A DNA stretch of 24,000 bases from Thiotrichaceae bacterium (GCA_965224605.1 CBDCZP010000004.1:49868-73867); one strand, 5' to 3'. Positions 5,466 through 13,424 are shown, counted from the stretch's first letter. The notes: generated by a model not told the origin, from the letters alone. Translations and numbers: made by a program.

Positions 5466-7811
5466 TTATTTTATCACTTTAGCGAGTGTGCCCGCCATCT
5501 TTGCGGATTCTTTTATACGCGTTAGGATATGTGTATTTGAATCCGAACGTCTGAGAGCGGCAAAGAAATTGTCCATATTGAAGTCTTTGTAATAGGTTCC
5601 GCGCTTAGACATTTTCTGGCGGTTATCGGCTATTGCAGCATTTGAATTACCTGCATTGACTCTACCGTACTGATAAGACGATGTACGGGAGAAACTATTG
5701 ATGTAGATATTGTTACCGCCAGCCAAACGCAATGGTAATAGGTTTACATGAATGGGTTTGCCGTTAGGGCTGGCTAAATCTAATGTTCCTGATAACAAGC
5801 CAAGTATGGCTATTTGATGCGCGCTATTGGTCTGTACAGTGATATTCTCCATATGAATATTTTCAAATGATCCATCACTCGCAAATAGCCCTTGTAAAGC
5901 TCCCTTGGAGTTTATCTTGATGTCCTTGATAGTGATGTTTTTTAACTTCGCACCCGCAAACTGACTGTTATATTTAGTAATGTTGCGATCGGATGGAATC
6001 AACTGTATGGCATCGCGATGGGCGAGATATTTATAATGTTTGAGTGCAGGAGCAGGGCCGACATGCTGGTTTATGCGATCAATTTTCTTGTTGAAATCAT
6101 TCGGGAAAGTGGTATCAAAAATGGTGTCGTTGATGGTATACCCTTCTAATCGAACGTCTGATACTTTGATTTTGAAGCAGTCGCGGATGTAAGGAGTGTT
6201 GATGGTTGTCCCTGCTGGTGGTAATTTTGAAGCGTGGGTAACGTCATAGAGTGTTTCTTTTGCAGGGGTCAAATGCTTATATTTTGTCTGTTTCAGTAAG
6301 GTATCAATAACTTCCATGTACGCATGTTCATGAGAATAGTTTCTAGACGTTAGGTATTTATTGGCGATAGATTTTTCCAGAGCATCTGCCTCTCCGGCGC
6401 TTTGTTGACCAGAGCCAGAATTATGTGTTGTTTGATCGCTAGCATGGGATGTGTTGACCTGAGGGGTGTGCGTAGTTGTGTGAGTAGTTGTGCTGGGTAT
6501 GGCGGCACCTGTGAGGCTGGCAGTGAGTTGCTTTACTTGTTGGTTGTATTGATTTCTCTTTTGTAGATACGCGTTGGCTTGTTGATGATTACCTTGTTTC
6601 AAAGCGGTACGCATTTTTGTATCGGCATCTTTTGATTGACGGTTAAGTTCGATAATCTGCGCTTTAATGGCATTGCGGTCTGTTGCTTGAGGTATTTGTG
6701 GCGCTTGTGACCCAGTGTGGGAGGGAGTATGGGTGGTCGGAGCTGTCCCGCCTTCAAGGTGGGCTTTTTCAGCCAGTAGATCGTTTCTCTTGTCAATCCA
6801 TTCATTGGCTTTAGGAGAGTTATATTTTTGGTACTCTCTAATCATTTTGTCGCTATGTGCTAGCTCTAACCCAATCACACCAAGACGTTTTCGCACGTCT
6901 GCATTTTGTGTACTAACTGGCAATTGACTGGCATGCCCTGTTATGCGCGACTTTCTTGCCAAAAGTTCGTTTTTGCGCTGTATCCACTGATTGGCTTTAG
7001 GTGAATTGTATTTTTTATATTCACGAATCATCTTATCCGCATGGGCGATTTCCAGATCAATCACTCTGACTTGTTTATTCGTTGCTTGAGCAGCAGCGAT
7101 AACATCACCTGATTCAGGTCTTGGGACATTGGGTATGCTTGGTTTAGTTGGCAGCGGCGGTGGTGTTTGAGGTAGGGGTTGCCGACCTGCTAATATTGCC
7201 TCCTTTTGCGAGAGGAGCTGGTATTTTCTGCTTATCCAGTGTTCTGCTTTCGGAGATTTAAATCTCTGATACTCCGCTATCATTTTGTCAGTGTGGGCAA
7301 TATCCGCATTAATAGTGTTGAGTTTCTTTTGTTGATCAGGTGATAAAGCACGAGGAGTGGATGCGGATTGAGCCGTTGTAGATTGATTGTTATTGATAGG
7401 AGCGGTAAGCGTAGTCCGTTCTTGTAGGAGCTCATTAAGTAGCGCTGTTTGCTTTTTAACGGCGGCTTGTTCACCTCTCTCCGTGTGTATGGCGATTTTT
7501 CGTTCTATATAGCTGATTTGATTGTTGAGTTGTCTCAGTTTTCGTGCATCTTTCGCTGAGAGTTGATGGGTAGAAGTATTTGTAGAGGTGTTTGTATGTA
7601 TAGGCTTGTTTTCTTCAGTATTTTTATTTTTGCTTTCCTTTTGATGGGCCATTAAGTCTTTATATTCTTCATTGAGAACAGCAATTTCATCTAGCCAGAT
7701 TTTTTCAATATCAGGACGTTTCTTTTGACGCGCGTCTTCCACTCTTTTTGTATATAACGCTCTTTTTTCTTTAATCCGGTTTAATTTCGTTTGAAGTGAA
7801 CTATTAGCCAT
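5466..7811 (-). CDS. Large signal-less modular protein: six ~50-aa helical repeats separated by T/S/P/Q/H-rich linkers, plus a ~300-aa solenoid-like C-terminal domain. I cannot recognise a family.
   Basis: Long ORF of 781 aa. The motif AH[TAS]DKMI[AR]EY[QK][RK][FY][KN]SPKA[EN][HQE]WI occurs at aa 172-193, 256-277 and 318-339 (nt 7233-7298, 6981-7046, 6795-6860). Degenerate copies are at aa ~5-55, ~86-135 and ~378-433. The C-terminal segments NITIKDIKINS / FENIHMENITVQT / NNIYINSF are periodic. Confidence 0.75.
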   Translation of the reverse strand: MANSSLQTKLNRIKEKRALYTKRVEDARQKKRPDIEKIWLDEIAVLNEEYKDLMAHQKESKNKNTEENKPIHTNTSTNTSTHQLSAKDARKLRQLNNQISYIERKIAIHTERGEQAAVKKQTALLNELLQERTTLTAPINNNQSTTAQSASTPRALSPDQQKKLNTINADIAHTDKMIAEYQRFKSPKAEHWISRKYQLLSQKEAILAGRQPLPQTPPPLPTKPSIPNVPRPESGDVIAAAQATNKQVRVIDLEIAHADKMIREYKKYNSPKANQWIQRKNELLARKSRITGHASQLPVSTQNADVRKRLGVIGLELAHSDKMIREYQKYNSPKANEWIDKRNDLLAEKAHLEGGTAPTTHTPSHTGSQAPQIPQATDRNAIKAQIIELNRQSKDADTKMRTALKQGNHQQANAYLQKRNQYNQQVKQLTASLTGAAIPSTTTHTTTHTPQVNTSHASDQTTHNSGSGQQSAGEADALEKSIANKYLTSRNYSHEHAYMEVIDTLLKQTKYKHLTPAKETLYDVTHASKLPPAGTTINTPYIRDCFKIKVSDVRLEGYTINDTIFDTTFPNDFNKKIDRINQHVGPAPALKHYKYLAHRDAIQLIPSDRNITKYNSQFAGAKLKNITIKDIKINSKGALQGLFASDGSFENIHMENITVQTNSAHQIAILGLLSGTLDLASPNGKPIHVNLLPLRLAGGNNIYINSFSRTSSYQYGRVNAGNSNAAIADNRQKMSKRGTYYKDFNMDNFFAALRRSDSNTHILTRIKESAKMAGTLAKVIK

Positions 7812-8105
7812 AATGATAAATTCCTAGGTTGAGTGTTTTTATCGTTATTACAGTTGCTTGCGACATGTTACTAATAAAGTATAGGAAGGAACGAGGTCTT
7901 GTCAATCAATCATTTTTTAAACGATCGTTGTCCCTGTCCCCTGTCAGAGTATTGTTATTTAGTTACTTTTTTGGTTCCTCGTAAATGATAGGAGAAAACG
8001 CACTCTGTCGGTGATTGTTGTGATCCTATAGAGGCTAAAGGTATTATCACTAATCATTTAATCATTCACACTCCAAATATTCATCAGAACCAATAAGAAC
8101 AAAAA

Positions 8106-9275
8106 ATGAATAATAAAAACACCCAATACTTATTAATTCCCTTTCTTTTAATGTCAATTCTATTGCTTCCACAAGTTGCTATTGCAGATAGCATATCCAC
8201 TGTTGATTGGGACAACGATGGTCTCAGCGATGAAGTTGAAAAACGTATTGGATCCGGTGTTTATTTGTCTGATACAGATGGTGATGGCATCTCAGATAAA
8301 GATGAAATAGGGAGTGTCACCAAACCGCGTGATACGGATAAAGATGGTCGTATTGATATCCTTGATTTTGATGATGATGGCGATGGTATTCCTTCCGTGC
8401 TTGAAGGCACAATAGATACGGATAAAGATGGTAAAGCCAATTATCTAGATGTTGATTCTGATGGAGATGGTCTTGCAGATGGTTTTGAAGTGAAGTTAAC
8501 AGGCAAGGATAGTAATCAGGATGGCATTGATGACTTATTCGATGTTGAAGCCACAAAGGGTCAAGACGTCAACGGTGATGGCATAGATGATCATGTTGTT
8601 TTTGTGGATTCTAATAAAAATGGTGTGCCTGATGTGTTGGATAAAAAGAGTAGCACTCCACATCTTAAACAAAGAGTAAAAGACAGCGTTTCAGTATCAT
8701 CTAACAAATCTAAAAGTCAAAAAAAGTCTGTTCGTATAAACGAAAATAAACCTCTTGCAAAGCCTGTCGTTGTCGCGGCGGCTAAGCTACCAGCACAGAT
8801 GATGAAGAAGTCAGAAAATAAAAATAAAGAGCACCGATATACCGAGAAAAATAAGCAATCAATTAATGAAAATGGAGCTTATGGAGGTTCCGGTTATTTC
8901 TATTGTGGGAATACCGGAAAAATTGTAAAAGGAATCAAAGGCTTTATGATGACGCCTCCTGGCAAGGTTACGTTGCTGCGTGATGCAAGCGAGGGTGATT
9001 ACAAATGGCGTGTGGAAGTACCCGGGACTTATGCATTACAATTTCAAATACCGGCTGGAATGTCCATTGTTCGTGGCTTAGCAAAGGGTCGACGAATTAT
9101 TAAAGAAGGTGATGCCCACCCGTTGATTTTGGGAGGCGATGTGAATCCTGCTAAAAAAGGTTATGTTTTATATACTAAAACCAATGTTTGGTATACCTCC
9201 TTTGAAATAAAGGACAATGGACCCTTGATTAAAAATAATAATATACCGTTGGCTGGTGGAGTGTGTGATCGTTAG
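8106..9275 (+). CDS. Secreted Ca-binding protein with thrombospondin type-3-like repeats (DxDxDGxxDxxE), a Lys-rich linker and a C-terminal beta-rich domain of unknown family.
   Basis: Signal peptide MNNKNTQYLLIPFLLMSILLLPQVAIA/DS. There are at least 8 acidic repeats between nt 8205 and 8642, e.g. DWDNDGLSDEVE, DTDGDGISDKDE, DTDKDGRIDILD, DDDGDGIPSVLE, DTDKDGKANYLD, DSDGDGLADGFE. Confidence 0.75.
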   Translation: MNNKNTQYLLIPFLLMSILLLPQVAIADSISTVDWDNDGLSDEVEKRIGSGVYLSDTDGDGISDKDEIGSVTKPRDTDKDGRIDILDFDDDGDGIPSVLEGTIDTDKDGKANYLDVDSDGDGLADGFEVKLTGKDSNQDGIDDLFDVEATKGQDVNGDGIDDHVVFVDSNKNGVPDVLDKKSSTPHLKQRVKDSVSVSSNKSKSQKKSVRINENKPLAKPVVVAAAKLPAQMMKKSENKNKEHRYTEKNKQSINENGAYGGSGYFYCGNTGKIVKGIKGFMMTPPGKVTLLRDASEGDYKWRVEVPGTYALQFQIPAGMSIVRGLAKGRRIIKEGDAHPLILGGDVNPAKKGYVLYTKTNVWYTSFEIKDNGPLIKNNNIPLAGGVCDR

Positions 9276-9309
9276 TTGTGATGCGCCTCTGTGGTATTGC
9301 ATTCGCAAC

Positions 9310-10491
9310 TTATAAACGAATATGAACAGAAGCAGATGCCTTCTTAGCCTTATCTAGCGCTTTATCTAAAGTTTCATCTCTAGCCAAGACAACTCCCATT
9401 CTACGTTGACCTTTGACTTCTGGTTTGCCGAATAAGCGGAGCTGTGTATTAGGCTGAGCCAATACCTCTTGCAAGTTAGTAAATTCCGTTTGGGTCGATT
9501 CACCTTGAGCCAATACCACACTGCTTGCAGAAGGCCCATGAAAATGGATATTTGGAATAGGTAGACCAAGAATGGCACGTGCATGTAGCGCAAACTGTGA
9601 TAAATCTTGTGAAATCATTGTCACCATGCCCGTGTCATGAGGTCGCGGAGAGACTTCGCTAAAAATCACCTCATCCCCCTTGATAAACAACTCCACACCA
9701 AAAATACCTCGTCCTCCTAAAGCAGTCGTTACTTTTTCAGCGATTCTTCGTGATTCAGTTAGTGCAGCAGGACTCATTGCTTGAGGCTGCCAGGATTGTC
9801 GATAGTCACCATCGACTTGTATATGACCAATCGGTTCACAGTAACTCGTACCGCCTTCATGTCTGACGGTGAGTTGAGTAATTTCATAATCGAAATCAAC
9901 AAAACCTTCAATAATGACTTTTCCCGCATCTGTGCGACTGCCTTGTTGAGAGTAGTTCCATGCGTTATTAATATCGGCTGCTGATTTAATGGTGCTTTGC
10001 CCTTTCCCTGATGAACTCATGATCGGTTTAATGACACAAGGAACGCCGATGACTTCAACCGCTTGTTTAAATTCAGCTTCAGTCTCGGCAAAACGATAAG
10101 GAGAAGTTGTGATGCCGAGTTCTTCTGCGGCCAGAGTGCGAATGCCTTCACGATTCATTGTCAGCTTGGCGGCATTGGCGGTTGGTATGACGGTATAACC
10201 TTCGCTCTCTAATTCAACTAATGTGTCTGTAGCGATGGCTTCGATCTCGGGAACAATATAGTCGGGTTTCTCATGTTCTATTATGTTTCGAAGTGCTTCA
10301 CCATCAAGCATAGAGATAGTATGACTGCGGTGGGCGACTTGCATAGCGGGCGCGTTTTCATAGCGATCGACAACAATAACTTCCACGCCTAAGCGTTGTA
10401 ACTCAATAACGACTTCTTTACCTAATTCACCGCCACCACAAAAGAGCACACGGGTTGCAGTGGGGGAAAGGGGAGTGCCTAATGTAGCCAT
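9310..10491 (-). CDS. purT: Formate-dependent phosphoribosylglycinamide formyltransferase (GAR transformylase 2).
   Basis: Full-length match in my memory to PurT: [14 protein letters not shown]...[29 protein letters not shown], an ATP-grasp core, and a C-terminal ...GVVLA......A..KA. Confidence 0.93.
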   Translation of the reverse strand: MATLGTPLSPTATRVLFCGGGELGKEVVIELQRLGVEVIVVDRYENAPAMQVAHRSHTISMLDGEALRNIIEHEKPDYIVPEIEAIATDTLVELESEGYTVIPTANAAKLTMNREGIRTLAAEELGITTSPYRFAETEAEFKQAVEVIGVPCVIKPIMSSSGKGQSTIKSAADINNAWNYSQQGSRTDAGKVIIEGFVDFDYEITQLTVRHEGGTSYCEPIGHIQVDGDYRQSWQPQAMSPAALTESRRIAEKVTTALGGRGIFGVELFIKGDEVIFSEVSPRPHDTGMVTMISQDLSQFALHARAILGLPIPNIHFHGPSASSVVLAQGESTQTEFTNLQEVLAQPNTQLRLFGKPEVKGQRRMGVVLARDETLDKALDKAKKASASVHIRL

Positions 10492-10536
10492 AGCTTTAAA
10501 TCTCTTTGGGATGATGGGTAATATCTGTTATCTGTG

Positions 10537-10818
10537 TTATCCGTAGAGACAAAGATAAGCGGTTTCAGTTTTTACTGTTACTTCAAATGAGCTGTTTTCA
10601 GCTACATCAAAAGAATTACCTGCTGTGAACGTGATAGCTTCACTGTCATCGATGCGTTTGATAGTCAGTGATCCGCTAACAATCGTCATTTTCTCTTTAT
10701 CCGCAGTGTTAAAAGTATAATCACCCGGCGCCATAACGCCTACAGTGGCGGGTAGAGTATCAGTTTGATAAGCAATGGAGACGACTTTACCGTCAAAATA
10801 TTCGTTTGTTTTAAACAT
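10537..10818 (-). CDS. ppnP: Pyrimidine/purine nucleoside phosphorylase PpnP (DUF1255 family).
   Basis: From the internal ATG at 10818 the product is MFKTNEYFDGKVVSIAY...GVMAPGDYTFNTADKEKMTIVSGSL...AYLCLYG (93 aa). This is colinear with E. coli PpnP (MLQSNEYFSGKVKSIGF...YLCRYL). The upstream 28 codons of the track ORF are probably untranslated. Confidence 0.85.
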   Translation of the reverse strand: MFKTNEYFDGKVVSIAYQTDTLPATVGVMAPGDYTFNTADKEKMTIVSGSLTIKRIDDSEAITFTAGNSFDVAENSSFEVTVKTETAYLCLYG

Positions 10819-10894
10819 AATGGATTTCTTAGTGGTTGGAATGATGCGTATATTACTCTGTGTTGTTGAAATGTGCAGTTGAAATAAAAGCGGT

Positions 10895-11311
10895 TTATCC
10901 ACTAATAGTTACAATAATCTTTCGGGGAAAATGCCCCACTCTATGCTCCCAAAGAAACAAACCTTGCCATGTCCCCATTGCTGATCGACCTTGAGTCACA
11001 GGGATTGTTATCTCTGTTTGTGTGAGCACGCTGCGTATGTGCGCAGACATATCGTCGTTTCCTTCCAATATATGCCTATATTCAGGGTCACCATCCGGTG
11101 CTAAGCGTGAAAATATTGTCTCAAGGTCGTGGCGAACGTCAGGATCAGCATTTTCAGTGATAATTAATGAAGCACTGGTATGTTGAATAAAAACGTGACA
11201 CAAGCCGGTCTGTATCCCACTTTGCTGGATAATGGCATCGACCTCACTCGTGATATTGTAAGTATTTCGCCCTGATGTGTTGGTTTTAAAAGTGTTTTGA
11301 TGTATCTGCAT
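10895..11311 (-). CDS. yjbQ: YjbQ/UPF0047 family protein (secondary thiamine-phosphate synthase-like).
   Basis: 138 aa with the motifs HTSASL...EN.DP.VR.D.E, DDM.AHI+S and GTWQG..L.EHR, colinear with E. coli YjbQ. It heads a same-strand yjbQ-ppnP-purT cluster. Confidence 0.85.
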   Translation of the reverse strand: MQIHQNTFKTNTSGRNTYNITSEVDAIIQQSGIQTGLCHVFIQHTSASLIITENADPDVRHDLETIFSRLAPDGDPEYRHILEGNDDMSAHIRSVLTQTEITIPVTQGRSAMGTWQGLFLWEHRVGHFPRKIIVTISG

Positions 11312-11391
11312 GGTAAAAGAATCTAAACATTATGTGATGATTCGGATAATATCATGACAATTACCCTTGAGATTTGTGTTCAACAAGAACT

Positions 11392-11419
11392 CATTACCTG
11401 AGATTAATTACAGGTAATG
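11392..11419. promoter_or_regulatory. Perfect 9-bp inverted repeat in the divergent promoter region; a possible operator.
   Basis: CATTACCTG (11392-11400), then 10 nt, then CAGGTAATG (11411-11419). It lies about 80 nt upstream of the yjbQ start and about 95 nt upstream of the 11515 ORF. Confidence 0.3.
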
Positions 11420-11514
11420 CGAATTGTTTAGTTATGATACAGTGAGACGATTTTAAAAATATGATTATATTTGATTGCTTGCCAAGTAAGTGAATGTTGT
11501 TGGGGGGATAACAT

Positions 11515-12126
11515 ATGATAGATAATACAAATACAAATACAAATACAAATACAAATACAAATACAAATACAAATACAAATACAAATACAAATACTTATAC
11601 TAAAAATAACCTTGTGTTGCATGTAAACACTGATTTTGAAGATACTCATAAAAAACAGATTACCGAAAGTACCCATACACAGCTACCACCTAGTGTAGAT
11701 GCATACCAAGATATTGATTATGAAGAAGTTGGCGAATTACAGCGTAATGTTTTTCATGAAGATAAAATTTATGTCTGTGATATGTTAGATAAATCTTCTT
11801 ACAACCATCTTGAATATATTGAAATAAGTCATTCAATCGGTGATAGATTACAAGTCAATGCAGAGGTGAATTTCAGGATATCTGAGTGGAATTCGCAGAT
11901 CAATTTGTTATCGTTCATAGATTCTATGAGAAAACACATTAGAGAAAAACATACGATACATTCGGAACAAGAAAATCTCTATGATGAAGACCTGATTCAT
12001 ATTAAGTTTAAAATATTAGCAACAAAGTTTACCAGTCTGCCTTTTGTTATTCAGCGGTTTTCAAAAAAGCTCTTAGTCATACATCAAGATATTCTCTCTC
12101 AATCTATACAGATAAAAGTTTCCTAG
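11515..12126 (+). CDS. Hypothetical protein with an N-terminal (Thr-Asn)n tract encoded by a hexanucleotide repeat.
   Basis: 203-aa ORF with a G-rich Shine-Dalgarno sequence (GGGGGGA) 7 nt upstream of the ATG. The body composition is ordinary. The ORF sits 56 nt upstream of the ygfX-like gene on the same strand. I recognise no family. Confidence 0.5.
   Translation: MIDNTNTNTNTNTNTNTNTNTNTNTNTYTKNNLVLHVNTDFEDTHKKQITESTHTQLPPSVDAYQDIDYEEVGELQRNVFHEDKIYVCDMLDKSSYNHLEYIEISHSIGDRLQVNAEVNFRISEWNSQINLLSFIDSMRKHIREKHTIHSEQENLYDEDLIHIKFKILATKFTSLPFVIQRFSKKLLVIHQDILSQSIQIKVS
11527..11592 (+). repeat. Perfect hexanucleotide microsatellite (ACAAAT)x11, in frame within the 11515 ORF.
   Basis: I counted 11 perfect units directly, from 11527 to 11592. 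Degenerate units flank it (GATAAT before, ACTTAT after). Confidence 0.95.
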
Positions 12127-12182
12127 TTTTTTCATAACTGCTATAACTATTGATTGTTTTAATAGCTATGAGAAATGAATAA

Positions 12183-12656
12183 GTGCAGGATTCTAGTTTT
12201 GAGAAACCGCTGGTGATTCATCCGGCAAATTCTTTCTCACTAAAGTTAATGGTGATCTTTTCACATCTACTGGCATTACTATTTGTTATTACTCTGTTGG
12301 ATGTTTTCTGGATTATTAAGCTGGCGATAGCCGCGATGATCCTTCTGTCTTCTATCTATTATTACCGATGGCACGTAAATAAAAGTCTCAACCAATCGGT
12401 GCTATCGGTTGTTCATCTGTTTCATCCACATAGACAGCTCTCTCAGAGCATGAAAAAAAGCTGGTCAATTAGTCTATTAAAACAAAAAGATTTAGCCGTG
12501 GATTTACTGCCTTCGAGTTTTGTAAATGTCTGGTGGATCGTGCTTAACTTCAAAGACCAAAACAATCGTCGATATACGCTTATTCTGCCTTATGATTCAA
12601 TAACACTTGAACAGCATCGGCAGCTACGAGTGAGATTGAGAGTCACAGAAGCATAG
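12183..12656 (+). CDS. ygfX: YgfX/CptA-like inner-membrane protein with two TM helices.
   Basis: GTG start. The architecture matches YgfX: the N-terminal L.I.P......L..H.LAL region, two hydrophobic helices (VIFSHLLALLFVITLL / IIKLAIAAMILLSSIYYY), then W+ and a C-terminal ...VWWIVLNFKD.NNRRYTLILPYDS...EQHRQLRVRLR. The E. coli counterpart is ...MMLRLRSDGGKRQHLWLAADSMDEAEWRDLRRIL. The call is from memory and was not tested with an HMM. Confidence 0.55.
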   Translation: MQDSSFEKPLVIHPANSFSLKLMVIFSHLLALLFVITLLDVFWIIKLAIAAMILLSSIYYYRWHVNKSLNQSVLSVVHLFHPHRQLSQSMKKSWSISLLKQKDLAVDLLPSSFVNVWWIVLNFKDQNNRRYTLILPYDSITLEQHRQLRVRLRVTEA

Positions 12657-12707
12657 CTTTCCCCAATGATTACCATGCCTAAGCTGCTATTAAATTGTGA
12701 ATGAGAG

Positions 12708-12731
12708 CGTCGATAGAAGAATCTATCGACG
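12708..12731. terminator. Perfect 9-bp stem hairpin between convergent genes; no clean U-tract.
   Basis: CGTCGATAG aagaat CTATCGACG, lying between the ygfX-like stop (12656) and the OMP stop (12760). Confidence 0.35.
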
Positions 12732-12759
12732 TTAGCTTGGAGTTGTTGTGGTCTAAGTT

Positions 12760-13359
12760 CTACAAGGTTCTATAGGTAAAGCCAAGCGAGAGCATGTCAA
12801 CATCGGAGGTTTCATTGGATTTAGTTTCAATATCGTTGAAACGTTCCCATTCGCCACGTAAAGACATATTGCCATTCATTTTATAGTCAATACCTGCACC
12901 GAACATGACATCAAAAGCACTACGTTGACCATCATCATTTTTAGCTTCCCAGCGGAATAATCCAGCCTTGCCAAATAATCCAATCTGATCATTGAGAGGC
13001 ATTTTGCCTATAGCGGCTAATTCGAAACCCGAAATATCAGTTTTCTTCGTATTAGATTTCATTCCGCCTAACGAATTGTATCCCACTTCAAAAGCAATAC
13101 GCTCACTGAAATCGTAGCCAGCAAACACTTTCCATCCCATGTCTGAATCGTCACAATTCGTTAATCCATCACAGAAAGAATCGTCCGAAGACAAACCCAG
13201 GCTACCGCCTACATAAACCGGATTTGTAGATTGCACACCACCACTATTTGCACTAAAAGGGTTGGTAAAAGACAGTGGATCGGCACTACTTCCAGCACTT
13301 AAAGACGATGCAGAAACGAAAAGCACAGAAGCCATCGCTGCATGTTGAACAAGTTTCAT
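12760..13359 (-). CDS. Small outer-membrane beta-barrel protein (OmpA-like / OMP_b-brl porin family).
   Basis: Signal peptide MKLVQHAAMASVLFVSASSLSA. Alternating beta-strand pattern: VYVGGSLGLS, WKVFAGYDF, IAFEVGYNSLG, FELAAIGKMPL, MFGAGIDYKM, SLRGEWERF, and terminal LSLGFTYRTL. Confidence 0.8.
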   Translation of the reverse strand: MKLVQHAAMASVLFVSASSLSAGSSADPLSFTNPFSANSGGVQSTNPVYVGGSLGLSSDDSFCDGLTNCDDSDMGWKVFAGYDFSERIAFEVGYNSLGGMKSNTKKTDISGFELAAIGKMPLNDQIGLFGKAGLFRWEAKNDDGQRSAFDVMFGAGIDYKMNGNMSLRGEWERFNDIETKSNETSDVDMLSLGFTYRTL

Positions 13360-13388
13360 TTGTTTTACCTATTTATTATTTTTGTTTT

Positions 13389-13424
13389 AGAGGTGAAGAC
13401 ATTATTAGAGGCGAAGACATTATA
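13389..13424. repeat. Tandem 18-bp direct repeat just upstream of the OMP gene start.
   Basis: AGAGGTGAAGACATTATT (13389-13406) and AGAGGCGAAGACATTATA (13407-13424) are 16/18 identical. They lie 30-65 nt upstream of the minus-strand ATG at 13359. Confidence 0.5.

Noticed and set aside
10819-10902. N-terminal 28-codon extension of the ppnP ORF overlapping the yjbQ stop.
   Set aside because: The extension (MDKPLLFQLHISTTQSNIRIIPTTKKSI) has no counterpart in PpnP. The internal ATG at 10818 gives a product colinear with the family.
11428-11676. 82-aa minus-strand ORF with an (Ile-Cys)n tract.
   Set aside because: It is simply the antisense reading of the (ACAAAT)11 microsatellite, with no Shine-Dalgarno sequence and implausible composition.
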